Of a stretch of DNA of 64,000 bases, positions 1-9,986 are shown piece by piece. The notes beneath the pieces were generated by a model, which was not told the origin of the DNA, searched no databases, and was given only the letters and a program-made list of their open reading frames with translations. The position numbers and the translations under genes are program-made. Numbering within the stretch: the first letter of the stretch is position 1; every line of letters starts with the position of its first letter. The DNA comes from an uncultured Actinomycetota bacterium (GTDB lineage: Bacteria > Actinomycetota > Actinomycetes > JACCUZ01), in assembly GCA_963771345.1 (NCBI GenBank), contig CAVYTH010000018.1, positions 7,335-71,334 on the forward strand, written 5' to 3'.

Positions 1-53
1 AGGCTCGGGGCTCTGGGCCCCCCGGCCAAAGAGCTGTGCACGGGGCCTGACGC

Positions 54-213
54 CTGGCAGGCCGCTGAAAAAGGGTCAGCCTGAAGGCAGAAGGCAAAAG
101 GCTCAAGGCACAACGCCGCAGATTGCTCAGGGATTGCTCGGGAAATACGCCTTCTGCCTTCTGCCTTCGTGCCTTGTGCCTTCAGGTTGCTGGCTCTTTC
201 AGCAGCCTGCTAG
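54..213. repeat. Palindromic MITE/REP-like element with internal GAAGGCA heptamer repeats
   Basis: Left arm CTGGCAGGCCGCTGAAAAAG...CCTGAAGGCAGAAGGCAAAAGGCTCAAGGCA mirrors right arm GCCTTCTGCCTTCTGCCTTCGTGCCTTGTGCCTTCAGG...CTTTCAGCAGCCTGCTAG; non-coding and lower GC than its flanks. Confidence 0.7.
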
Positions 214-1349
214 AGTCCCACGACCAGCAGCGTCTGATCGTCCTCGGCTTCGCGGCCGCCGACGAACGACTCCACGTCATCCACGAGCAGTTCCAGCAGC
301 ACCGCCGGCGCCCTATCGGCGTGGCGCGCCACGCTGGCGGACAGCCGCTCGACGTCGTAGAGCTGGCCGTCCGGGCCCTGCCGGTCGGTGACCCCGTCCG
401 TGTAGAGCACCAGCCGATCGCCGGCCGCAAGGGTCTGCTCGTGGGCGACCAGGTCTCCGAGCTCGCCGAACAGGAGCATCCGCGACTCGCCGGAGGCTGA
501 CGGGCGTGACCGGCCGGCCTGGCCCGACAACCAGCGGTGGCGGATGTCCGGCCCGGATCGATCGCCAGGTCCCGCGCCCGACGTCGAGGACGCCGTAGAC
601 CGCGGTCGCGAACATCGCCGTGTCCCACAGGAACTCGAAGTGTCGATTGAGGTGGTGGAGGACGGCGGCGGGGTCCGGCAGCATGTCGTCGCAGGTGTGG
701 AGCACGGCCCGGATCATGGCCATCACGATCGCCGCCGGGGCGCCGTGGCCGGAGACGTCGGCGACCACGACGGCGAAGCGGTCGGCGTCGAGCCGGATGA
801 CGTCATAGTAGTCGCCGCCCGCGTGACGGCTCGTCTGGTAGAACGCCGCGAACTCCACCGCCGGGTGCTCCGGCATCCGGCGCGGCAGCAGCCGCCGCTG
901 CATGTCGGCGGCATTGGCCAGCTCACGGTCGAGCCTGTCCCGGCTCCGGCGAAGCTCGCGCGAGAGATACTGCCTGGTCAGGTGGCTCGTGACCCGCGCC
1001 AGCACTTCTTCGGCCTGAATCGGCTTGGTGATGTAGTCCGCGGCCCCGATGCTCAGCCCCGAGACCTTCTCGGCGACTTCGCCCAGCGCCGAAAGGAAGA
1101 TCACACGGCGTCGCGCGTCTCCGGGCGCGCCTTCAGGGCCCGGCACACCTCGAAACCGTCCATCTCCGGCATCATCACGTCGAGCAGGACGAGATCCGGG
1201 CGCGCGCGCTCGGCGATCTCCAGCGCGGCACGCCCGCTCCGGGCGGCGAGGATGCGATGGCCGCTCGCCTGGAGCGTGCGGACCAGGACCTGCAGGTTGA
1301 CCGGGCTGTCGTCCACCACGAGGATGGTGGCGGTTTCTGGCAGCGTCAT
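210..1349 (-). CDS. Response regulator receiver + PP2C/SpoIIE (RsbU-like) phosphatase, frameshifted
   Basis: ILVVDDSPVNL...DLVLLDVMMPEMDG...GAADYITKP (REC); GGDYYD, VADVSGHG, AGHPPP, LYTDGV, DDQTL (PP2C); pieces in 3 frames; ATGA overlap with the upstream kinase. Confidence 0.9.
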
Positions 1350-3365
1350 CGCGACGTGTCGGTATTGCCGGCGAGCCGGCCGGCGAGCGCGCGGAGCTCT
1401 TCGAAATCGAACTGCCCCGCCAGGCGCGCAATCTGGCGTCCGAGCCTGGCTTCGCCGGGGTCGCCGACCGCCAGCTCCTGGGCCAGCGCCTCGAGATCGG
1501 TGACACTGCCGATGACCGCGGCGTCGTGCAGGCGGAGGGCCAGGGCCACGCGTCGAGAGTGATCCGAGAGCTCGGGCTCGGCGGCGGGCTCGGGAGCCGG
1601 CTCGGATTCGAACCGCACGCCCAGGTGGGTATGCAGGGCGGCGAACAGCGACTCGGCGCGCACCGGCTTGGACAGGTAGTCCACGCAACCCGCGGCGGAG
1701 GCCGCTTCACGCGTGTCGCCGAACGCGCTCGCGGTGACCGCAATCACGGGGATCGCCGCGCCAGCAGCGGGTCCGCCTTGATACGGCGCGTCGTCTCGAG
1801 CCCGTCGAGATCGCCCATCCGCAGGTCCATGAAGACGACGTCCGGCCGGTGCTCGCGTACCAGCCGCAGCGCCTCGGCCCCGCCCGCCGCCGTGATCACG
1901 CGGACGCCCGCGCTCTCGAGCAGCCGGGCGAGGATGCGCCGGTTCACGGTGCTGTCGTCCACGACCAGCGCCATCAGGTCCTGGCCCGGAGCGAGCCGCG
2001 CGTCGAGCGATGGCTCGGCGCTCGCGACGCCCTCGTCGGCGGCGCCCCGCTCATCGTCGGCGCAGACAGCGGCAGCGCGAAGTGGAAACGGCTCCCACGC
2101 CCGGGCGTGCTCTCCACCCTCAGCTCATCGCCCATCGTCTGGACGAGATGTCGGCTGATGGTCAGGCCGAGGCCGGTGCCGCCCGCAGCGGCGCCATCCC
2201 GGGTCTGGTTGAACGCCTCGAAGATGCGGGTGATGGCGTCGGGTTCGATGCCGATGCCGGTGTCGCTGACCTCGAAGTTGAGCCGGTCGTCGCCCACGGT
2301 CTCGATGGCGAGCCGCACTTCGCCCTGCGCCGTGAACTTGACGGCGTTGCCCAGGAGGTTCAGCAGCACCTGACGGAGGTGGCGCCCGTCGAGCACCACG
2401 CGTCGCGGCACGCCGGGCCCGATGGTCATCGAAAGCAGGAGCCCCTTCCGGCGGGCCGACTCGGCGACCACGTATTTCAGGTCGATGAGCAGCTGGGCGA
2501 GGTCGGTCGTGGTGGCCTCGATGTCCACCCGGCCGGCCTCGATGCGCGAGAGGTCGAGCACGTCGTTGATCAGCTCCAGCAGGTGCGTGCCGCACTGGCC
2601 GATCGCCTCCAGGGCCTCACGCTGGGCCGGCCGGAGCCCGCGGTCGCGCTGCAGGAGCTGCGTGTAGCCGAGCACGCCGTTCAGCGGGGTCCTCAGCTCG
2701 TGGCTCATGCTGGCGAGGAATTCGCTCTTGGCGCGCGTCGCGGCTTCGGCCGATTCCTTGGCCGCGCGCAGCTGTGACTCCTGCTCCAGCCGATCGGAGA
2801 TGTCTCGCAGGAACGCGCCGAAGAAGTAGCCCTGGCCGAGCGGCATCGGCGAGGTGATGGTGATCTCGATGGGCAGCTCGCGTCCGGTCCGGTGCAGCGC
2901 GGTGAGCTGGAGCCGGCGGTTCACGACCGGCGCTTCCCCGGACGCCAGGAAGCGCTGCATGCCGCGGTGATGGGCCTCGCGATACGCCGGAGGGACCACC
3001 AGCGTCGCCATGTCACGGCCGAGCGCCTCGTCTCGGGACCATCCGAGCGTGGCCTCGGCCTGTGCGTTCCACGTCACGATACGGCCGGCAGGGTCGATCC
3101 CGATGAAGGCGTCGTGCGCGGTATCGACGATGAGGCGGGACCGGGCCTCGCTGTCGGCGAGGCGCCCCAGCGCCTCGAGCCGATCCTGCTCGGTGAGCGC
3201 CATGACGACGAGGTTGGCGGTGGACACCGCGAAGTTCTGTTCGTCCACCGTCCAGGCGCGCGGGCCGCCGACGTGTTCCGCGCACAGGACGCCGCGGAGA
3301 CGCTCACCCGCCCGGAGCGGGATGTCGAGCATGGCGCCGATGCCACGCGGCGCGAGGTAACTCTG
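1346..3365 (-). CDS. Hybrid sensor histidine kinase (partial GAF-PAS-HisKA-HATPase-REC), 5'-truncated, frameshifted
   Basis: FLASMSHELRTPLN, LRQVLLNLLGNAVKFT, DTGIGI, GTGLGL, VVDDSTVNR...FMDLRM...YLSKP; the GAF domain starts abruptly at SYLAPRGIGAMLD. Confidence 0.88.
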
Positions 3366-3726
3366 CACGGGCATCGCTGGCAGGGCGCGACGGTCGTTGA
3401 CCTGACGGATCGCGGGCGGTCCAGGTCGCTGGTCAACGGCCGTCACCACGTACATGGTCGCCTCCTGGTCGGAGCCTACGTCGCCGACTCCAGCCCCGAC
3501 CGGGGTAGCCGCAAGCTGACCTTGACCCACCGGCTACCACGGCTGCCGGTGCGAGGCCTGCTACCAGGCGCAGTCCGAGGCGAACCGGCGTCGGCCGAGC
3601 CGGGCAAGACGTAGCGGCCCCGGGCCGGACCGCCGTAGACGCTTCGAGACCGAGTGCGTGCGGTGCGTAACTGGTGTTGTCGCGCGGCGTGGAACGCGTC
3701 TTACCTTCAGGCCCTGCAGTCGTGAA

Positions 3727-4065
3727 ATGGGGGGCCCGGTGACCGATCACGCGAAGGCACGAATCCAAGATTCCGTCCTTGCCGACAGGGGAGCCATGCA
3801 CAAGTACGCCGCACCCGGCGTGCCGGCCGACCATGCTCGCGAGGCCCTCCGGCTCGGCTTGGACCTGCAGACTGCGGCCGTCGAGCTAGACCACAGACAC
3901 GCCCAGGACTATCAGCAAGCCAAGAAGATCGATCGCCTGCGACACATCGCCTGGTGGCTCGTCCTGGTCGCTGCCGTGCTCGTCATCATCGCTGCGGCGC
4001 CGCTCGAGGAGTGGTGGCAGACCATCAGCGACGCGGCGGTCGATGATGCCGGAGCAGGGCACTGA
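3727..4065 (+). CDS. Hypothetical small membrane protein
   Basis: ORF with one hydrophobic segment (IAWWLVLVAAVLVIIAAA); start uncertain; no recognisable family. Confidence 0.4.
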   Translation: MGGPVTDHAKARIQDSVLADRGAMHKYAAPGVPADHAREALRLGLDLQTAAVELDHRHAQDYQQAKKIDRLRHIAWWLVLVAAVLVIIAAAPLEEWWQTISDAAVDDAGAGH

Positions 4066-4408
4066 CCACCCCATAACCCCGATGCTTGACCAGCAGCCGG
4101 TTGTAGTCCTGCACCTCGTACACCAGTTGCAGCGCATCGACGTACGGCCTGACGTGAGCCGCGGGTACCTCACGCCGAAAAGCTGCCGAAGCCGCTCGAC
4201 GACAGGGCGACGTTTGAGCATCGGCACGCCGGAGTCGCGGTACACGGCGAGCAGATAGGTCTACCTACTCGCCCCACGTGACGTAGTCGACATCCAGTGG
4301 TTTCCTCACGGACCACGGGTGGGTGGGCCTTGCCCCGCCCCCTAGCCGTCGATCCACCGGCGTGCGGTCCCAGGAGACAGGTGCAGCAGCAGGTCAGACG
4401 CGCGCGAA

Positions 4409-5833
4409 CTAGATGTCGTAGTACAGCTCGAACTCGTGGGGGTGCGGGCGCAGCCGGATCGGGTCGATCTCGTGGGTGCGCTTGTAGTCGATCCAGGTGT
4501 CGATCAGGTCCTCGGTGAAGACCCCGCCCTCCAGCAGGTAGCCGCTGTCCTCCTCGAGCGACTTCAGCACCTCGGGCAGCGACGACGGGACCTGGGCGAT
4601 CTCGGCGTGCTCGTCCGGCGGCAGCTCGTAGAGGTCCTTGTCGACCGGCTGCTCGGGCTCGATCTTGTTGCGGATGCCGTCGAGGCCGGCCATCAGCATC
4701 GCCGAGAACGCGAGGTACGGGTTCGACGACGGGTCCGGCACCCGGAACTCGATGCGCTTGGCCTTCGGGTTCGCGCCGGTGATCGGGATGCGGATGCACG
4801 CCGAGCGGTTGCGCTGCGAGTAGACCAGGTTGACGGGAGCCTCGAAGCCCGGCACGAGGCGGTGGTAGCTGTTCATCGTCGGGTTAGTGAAGGCGAGCAG
4901 CGACGGCGCGTGCTTGAGCAGGCCGCCGATGTAGTAGCGCGCCATGTCCGACAGCCCGGCGTACCCGAGCTCGTCGTAGAACAGCGGGTTGCCGTCCTTC
5001 CACAGCGACTGGTGGCAGTGCATGCCCGAGCCGTTGTCACCGAACAGCGGCTTCGGCATGAAGGTGGCCGTCTTGCCGGCCGCCCACGCGACGTTCTTGA
5101 TGATGTACTTGAACAGCATCAGCTGGTCGCCGGCGTGCAGCAGCGTGTCGAACTTGTAGTTGATCTCGGCCTGGCCGGCGGTGCCCACCTCGTGGTGCGC
5201 GCGCTCGACCTGGATGCCCGCGCGGCCCAGCTCGATCGACATCTTGTCGCGCAGGTCGGCGTAGTGGTCGACCGGCGGCACCGGGAAATAGCCGCCCTTG
5301 TAGCGCGTCTTGTAACCGCGGTTGCCGCCCTCCTCGACGCGCCCGGAGTTCCAGGCGCCCTCGATGGAGTCGATGTAGTAGTAGCCGGCGTTCGCCTTGG
5401 TCTCGAACCGGACGTCGTCGAAGACGTAGAACTCTGCCTCCGGGCCGAAGTACACGGTGTCGGCGATGCCCGAACCGGCGAGATAAGCCTCCGCCTTGGC
5501 CGCGATGTTGCGCGGGTCACGGCTGTAGGGCTCGTCGGTGAACGGGTCGACGATGGAGAAGTTGAGGGCGAGCGTCTTCTCTGCGCGGAACGGGTCCAGG
5601 TACGCCGTCTTCGGGTCGGGGATCAGCTTCATGTCCGACTCGTGGATGGCCTGGAAGCCGCGGATGGACGACCCGTCGAACATCTGCCCGTTGGTGAAGA
5701 AGTCCTCGTCCACCGACTGGGCAGGGACGTTGAAGTGCTGCATCACCCCCGGCAAGTCGCAGAACCGCACGTCCACGAACTGCACGTCCTCGTCCTTGAT
5801 GAACCGCAGGACCTCGTCCGCGTTGCTGAACAT
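4409..5833 (-). CDS. glnA: Type I glutamine synthetase
   Basis: Intact 474 aa; [19 protein letters not shown]...[24 protein letters not shown], adenylylation site DLYEL. Confidence 0.98.
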   Translation of the reverse strand: MFSNADEVLRFIKDEDVQFVDVRFCDLPGVMQHFNVPAQSVDEDFFTNGQMFDGSSIRGFQAIHESDMKLIPDPKTAYLDPFRAEKTLALNFSIVDPFTDEPYSRDPRNIAAKAEAYLAGSGIADTVYFGPEAEFYVFDDVRFETKANAGYYYIDSIEGAWNSGRVEEGGNRGYKTRYKGGYFPVPPVDHYADLRDKMSIELGRAGIQVERAHHEVGTAGQAEINYKFDTLLHAGDQLMLFKYIIKNVAWAAGKTATFMPKPLFGDNGSGMHCHQSLWKDGNPLFYDELGYAGLSDMARYYIGGLLKHAPSLLAFTNPTMNSYHRLVPGFEAPVNLVYSQRNRSACIRIPITGANPKAKRIEFRVPDPSSNPYLAFSAMLMAGLDGIRNKIEPEQPVDKDLYELPPDEHAEIAQVPSSLPEVLKSLEEDSGYLLEGGVFTEDLIDTWIDYKRTHEIDPIRLRPHPHEFELYYDI

Positions 5834-5892
5834 CCATCCTCCTCGTTACCGGGCGGCCGGCTGCCGTCTGCACGGGACGCTAGGGGGAGGGG

Positions 5893-5930
5893 ATTTCCCT
5901 GCCGTGACCCTCATGTTTCCGTCGTGTTAC
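5893..5930 (-). promoter_or_regulatory. GlnR box (a-b-a-b sites) upstream of glnA
   Basis: Minus strand GTAAC-n6-GAAAC-n6-GTCAC-n6-GAAAT fits the actinobacterial GlnR consensus; -10 TAGCGT at 5877-5882. Confidence 0.88.
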
Positions 5931-5973
5931 GGCTCCGCACATCCTCACCGCCCGGCCAACGTACGCTTGTCGC

Positions 5974-6420
5974 GTGGTGGAGAGAAAAGACGTCGCGACC
6001 TGGCTGGACGGCCCGGGCGGCGGGCGCAAGGACGGCCAGGGGGAGTACGCCGGGGCGCGGCTGGGCCTGCCCGAGCACGGGTCGGGCTCGGTGGCTGGAT
6101 TCGGCAGCCGGATCGTGGCCTACCTGATCGACTCGCTCGCCTGCGCGCTGATCGCGTTCGCCCTGCTGCGCAACCAGCAGCTGACCGTCCTGGTGTTCGC
6201 GGCGGAGGTCCTGGTGCTGACCTGGCTGGCCGCAGGCTCGGCCGGCCAGCTCGCCTACGGCCTGCGGATCGTCCGCCTCGACGGCAAGCCGATCGGCCTG
6301 CTGCGCGCAGCCCTGCGCACGCTCCTGCTCTGCCTGCTCATCCCCGCGCTGATCTGGGACCGCGACGGCCGCGGCCTGCATGACAGGGCCGCCGGCACCG
6401 TCGTGGTCCGGGCGCGCTGA
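5974..6420 (+). CDS. RDD family membrane protein
   Basis: RIVAYLID...DRDGRGLHDRAAGTVVV; conserved position divergent from glnA. Confidence 0.92.
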   Translation: MVERKDVATWLDGPGGGRKDGQGEYAGARLGLPEHGSGSVAGFGSRIVAYLIDSLACALIAFALLRNQQLTVLVFAAEVLVLTWLAAGSAGQLAYGLRIVRLDGKPIGLLRAALRTLLLCLLIPALIWDRDGRGLHDRAAGTVVVRAR

Positions 6421-6423
6421 GGC

Positions 6424-7872
6424 TCAGCGCCGGGTGGCCCCCTCCCGCAGCGAGGCCGAGGCCCGCGGGCCGGGCAGCGTGATGCTGCGGTCCGGCTCGA
6501 TGTTCTGGTTGACCTGGAAGAAGTTGGTCGGGTCGTAGGCGGCCTTGATCGCCGCGAGCCGCGGGTAGTGGTCGCGGTACGTCGCCTTCACCCGGTCCTG
6601 GCCCTCGGCCATCATGAAGTTCACGTAGGCACCACCGGCCGAGTACGGGTGCTGGGCGTCCCAGTAGTCGACGCACCAGTCCCGCAGCGCCGGCAGCGCG
6701 TCGGCCTCCGGGTCCACGCCGGCGATGACGGTGGAGTACGTGACGTCCCGGTAGGCGAACGCGGTCTCGTCCGGCCCGACGTCCTGCACCGCCCCGTCGA
6801 CCGAGTAGAGGTGCATCGTCGACTTCCAGGACGGCAGCCGCTCGCCGAACTGGGCGTGCACGTCGACGGCCTCGTCCGGGATCTCGCGGGCGAAGTCGCC
6901 GCGCCAGTACCACTGGTCACCCGGCCCGTAGAGGGCGTCGAAGGCGCCGTTCCACATCGGGTAGGGCATCTCGGCGACACCGTCGATGAGCGGGCCCAGC
7001 GCCCGGACCTCGGCCAGGTGCCGGTCGGCTCCGCCCTGCTCGCCGGCCCAGCACCAGGCCACGCCGCAGACCTTCTTGAAGTGCAGCTCCTCCGGGAACG
7101 GGTCCGCCGGCGGCACCGACATCGTGGCGAAGAAGGCGCCCATGTCCCGCGTCAGGGTCGGCAGGAACTCCCGGTACCAGGTGAGGATCTCCGCGGTCCG
7201 CTCGATCGGGAACAGCGTCGGCCCGGCGGCGACGATGCCGACCGGGTGCAGCCGGAAGGTGAACTGGGTGACGATGCCGAAGTTGCCGCCACCGCCGCGC
7301 AGCGCCCAGAACAGGTCCGGGTCGCGACCGATGTCCGTGGTCACGAACGAGCCGTCCGCCAGCACGACGTCAGCCGAGGTCAGGCTGTCGATCGTCAGCC
7401 CGTACTTCCGGGTCAGGTGGCCGTGGCCGCCGCCCAGGGTCAGCCCGCCGATGCCGGTCGTGCCGATGATGCCGCCGGGTAGGCCGAGCCCGAATGCGTG
7501 CGCAGCGTGGTCGAGGTCCCCGACGGTCGCGCCGCCGCCGACGTACGCCAGGCGGGCTGCGGGGTCGATCCGGATGCCGGAGATCAGGTTGAGGTCGATG
7601 ACGAGCCCGTCACAGCTGCCCAGACCGGCGCCGTTGTGCCCACCGCCCCGGACCGCGACCGCGACGCCGTCCAGGCCGCGGGCGATCGCCACGGCGGCCA
7701 TCACGTCGGCCGTGTCGACGCAGCGGGCGATCAGCTGCGGGCGGGTCTGGATCGACCCGTTGTGGACGGGGGCCACCTCGTCGTACGACGGGTCGCCCGG
7801 CGCCAGCACCGGACCACGGAGAGCATCGCGGAACTCGGCTACCGCGGTGGGAGAGATGGCTGCGCTCGTCAT
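6424..7872 (-). CDS. FAD-binding oxidoreductase (BBE-like)
   Basis: VRGGGHN covalent-FAD motif, DLFWALRGGGGNFG, YVNF...IKAAYDPTNFF; GGAGG RBS. Confidence 0.92.
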   Translation of the reverse strand: MTSAAISPTAVAEFRDALRGPVLAPGDPSYDEVAPVHNGSIQTRPQLIARCVDTADVMAAVAIARGLDGVAVAVRGGGHNGAGLGSCDGLVIDLNLISGIRIDPAARLAYVGGGATVGDLDHAAHAFGLGLPGGIIGTTGIGGLTLGGGHGHLTRKYGLTIDSLTSADVVLADGSFVTTDIGRDPDLFWALRGGGGNFGIVTQFTFRLHPVGIVAAGPTLFPIERTAEILTWYREFLPTLTRDMGAFFATMSVPPADPFPEELHFKKVCGVAWCWAGEQGGADRHLAEVRALGPLIDGVAEMPYPMWNGAFDALYGPGDQWYWRGDFAREIPDEAVDVHAQFGERLPSWKSTMHLYSVDGAVQDVGPDETAFAYRDVTYSTVIAGVDPEADALPALRDWCVDYWDAQHPYSAGGAYVNFMMAEGQDRVKATYRDHYPRLAAIKAAYDPTNFFQVNQNIEPDRSITLPGPRASASLREGATRR

Positions 7873-8010
7873 GGGATCGCCTCCGCCGCCCGCGGCGTCC
7901 ACCAGGGGGCCGGCCCGTCACCGGCGGTGTCACCTGAGACTGCTCCGAGCGAGGTCGTCCGTCACGCTAGACCGGTCGGCGGGGGCCGACCAGACGGATA
8001 AAACGGACAG

Positions 8011-8727
8011 TCAGCCGCGCGGGCCGCGAGGCATCCGCGCGTTGCGCGGCAGCGGGCCCTTGGGGATCGGCAGGTTCATCGTCCCGAGTGCCTTGAGGCG
8101 TTGGTTGACCTCGGTGACCTGGTACGGCTTGAGGTTGCGGGGCAGCTTCATCAGCCGGTTGTTGAGCTTGCGCAGCGGCACCTGGCCGTCCTCGTTGCCC
8201 GCCTGCAGGTCGTAGATCGGCACATCAGGCACGAACCGGGCGACCTTCTTCTTCTCGGCGATCAGCAGCGCGGTCACCCGGGTCTGCGAGGTGCCCTCGC
8301 CCACCAGCACCACACCGGCCCGGCCGACCGCCCGGTGCACGATGTCCTGCTGCCGCGTCACCGCGACGGCCGGCGTGACCGACCAGCCGCGTCGCAGCAT
8401 GTTCAGGGCGGCAGCCGCGGCCCCGGGCTGGCCCTCCACCTGGGAGAACGCGGCCTTCTCGGCGCGCTTCCCGAACACGATGGTGGCGGCCAGGATGGCG
8501 AGCATCAGCCCGATGATCCCCAGGTAGACGGGGTGGCCGATCAGGAAGCCGATCGCGACGGCCACGGCCAGCGTCACGAAGGCGGCTGCCGCGGTGACCC
8601 AGCCGACCATCGGGTCGACCTTGCGGGTCATCGTGTAGGCAGATCGGACCTGCGCGGCCCGGCCCGGCTTCTTCGGCGCCGTCGCCGTCTCGTCGGGGTT
8701 CTTCTTCTTGCGTCCGATGCGTGCCAT
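8011..8727 (-). CDS. DUF4191 family membrane protein
   Basis: Two TM helices, EGQPGAA, HRAVGRAGVVLVGEG, PIPKGP; conserved between lipA and glnA. Confidence 0.9.
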   Translation of the reverse strand: MARIGRKKKNPDETATAPKKPGRAAQVRSAYTMTRKVDPMVGWVTAAAAFVTLAVAVAIGFLIGHPVYLGIIGLMLAILAATIVFGKRAEKAAFSQVEGQPGAAAAALNMLRRGWSVTPAVAVTRQQDIVHRAVGRAGVVLVGEGTSQTRVTALLIAEKKKVARFVPDVPIYDLQAGNEDGQVPLRKLNNRLMKLPRNLKPYQVTEVNQRLKALGTMNLPIPKGPLPRNARMPRGPRG

Positions 8728-8766
8728 GGCCGGAAGGATACGTGGCCTCCCGGGAGGCAGTGACGG

Positions 8767-8988
8767 TCAGGCGCTGCGCCGCTGCCTCGGCGGCACCGCG
8801 AGGGTGGTGGCTGGCCGGACCGCCAGCCCGGACATCACCTCGCGGCTCTGCCGGGCGAGCTCGTAGCGCACCTCGAGAGCCTCGCGGGCGTTGCGCCGCG
8901 ACCCTTCGGCGAGGTGACCGGTGGCGGCTCGCAGGGCCGTGCCGACGAGCTCGGAGAAGGAAGCCATGGGGGGAAGGGCTGGTGTCAT
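8767..8988 (-). CDS. Small protein resembling the SCO2195 family (GlnR-regulated)
   Basis: 73 aa, TALRA...RRNA motif, same position as SCO2195 (between lipA and DUF4191); GlnR-like pentamers upstream. Confidence 0.55.
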   Translation of the reverse strand: MTPALPPMASFSELVGTALRAATGHLAEGSRRNAREALEVRYELARQSREVMSGLAVRPATTLAVPPRQRRSA

Positions 8989-9070
8989 GACCCCACTGCA
9001 GCCGAGCGCCGTTACATGCGTGTGTCGGTCAGGGAAAGACCGGAAAAACCTTCCCGGGGTGGACTAAGGC

Positions 9071-9986
9071 CCACTCGGTGTGCAGGGTGCGGTTGAGGCG
9101 CTCGACCTTGCCGTTCTGCCAGGGGCAGTGCGGCCGGATGAACGTCTGCCTGGCGCCGAGGTCGGCGAACGACCTCGCGCAGAGGAGTAGCGGTAGGCCC
9201 AGGCGTTGTCGGTCATCACCCGCTCGATGCGGGCGATGCCGTGAGCGGCGAAGTAGGCGGCGGCGCGCTCGAGGAACGCGGCGCAGGTCGGTGCCCTTCT
9301 CGTCGGGCAGGATCTCGGAGTAGGCCAGCCGGGAGTGATCGTCGACCAGCGAATGGACGTAGTCGTAGCCGATCGGCCTGCTTGTCCGCGGTCGCGTGGT
9401 CGCCATCGCGCGGCCGTGGGCGCGCCAGCCGCCGCCGTCGGGGATCCGCCCGAGCTTCTTGACGTCCATGTGCACCAGCTCGCCGGGACGCTCGCGTTCG
9501 TAGCGGACCGCGGTGCTGCTTGCGAGGCCCGGATCACCTCACCGGTGAGCGGGTCGCAGCTCGCGCAGCTGCGGCACCCCATGCCGGCGCAGGATCCGCG
9601 ACACCGTCCGTGCCGGCACCCCGAGCTTCGGCGCCGATCCACGTCCGGGCCCGCGACGCTGCTCGGCGCGTAGCGCGACGACCTGATGCCTCGACCGCCG
9701 CGGAGGTCCTTGACGGGGAACGTGTGCGGGCGCGAGGACCGGTCGTGCAGCCCGGCCTCGCCCTCGGCGGCGAACCGGTCGATCCACGTCTTCACGCACC
9801 GGCGGGAGATCACCCATCGCGGCCGCGATGTGCGCCTGGGGCCAGCGGCCTGGTGGCGCTACAACGATCAGCAGCCGGCCATGAACGGTGAGCCGGGCAT
9901 TACGGTGAGACACGAGAACCTCCGGGTGGATGAGGGCATAAACAAGCCACACCCAAACGGAGGTTCTCACTCATCAAGAAGGAAAG
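9071..9986 (-). mobile_element. IS481-family transposase fragment (GTG 9913; C-terminally truncated; no terminal repeats visible)
   Basis: VSHRNARLTVHGR start, HMDVKKLGRIPDGGGWR, VDDHSRLAY, VMTDNA, QNGKVERLNRTL (DDE triad); flanked by AGGC direct repeats at 9067-9070 and 9987-9990. Confidence 0.9.

Noticed and set aside
82-186. Heptamer array as a CRISPR
   Set aside because: No spacers, repeats only 7 nt and inverted, no cas genes
4436-6127. Long antisense ORFs (e.g. 4436-6127, 16365-18143, 25863-27911, 55571-57499)
   Set aside because: Shadow frames of high-GC genes; Arg/Gly/Pro-rich with no motifs
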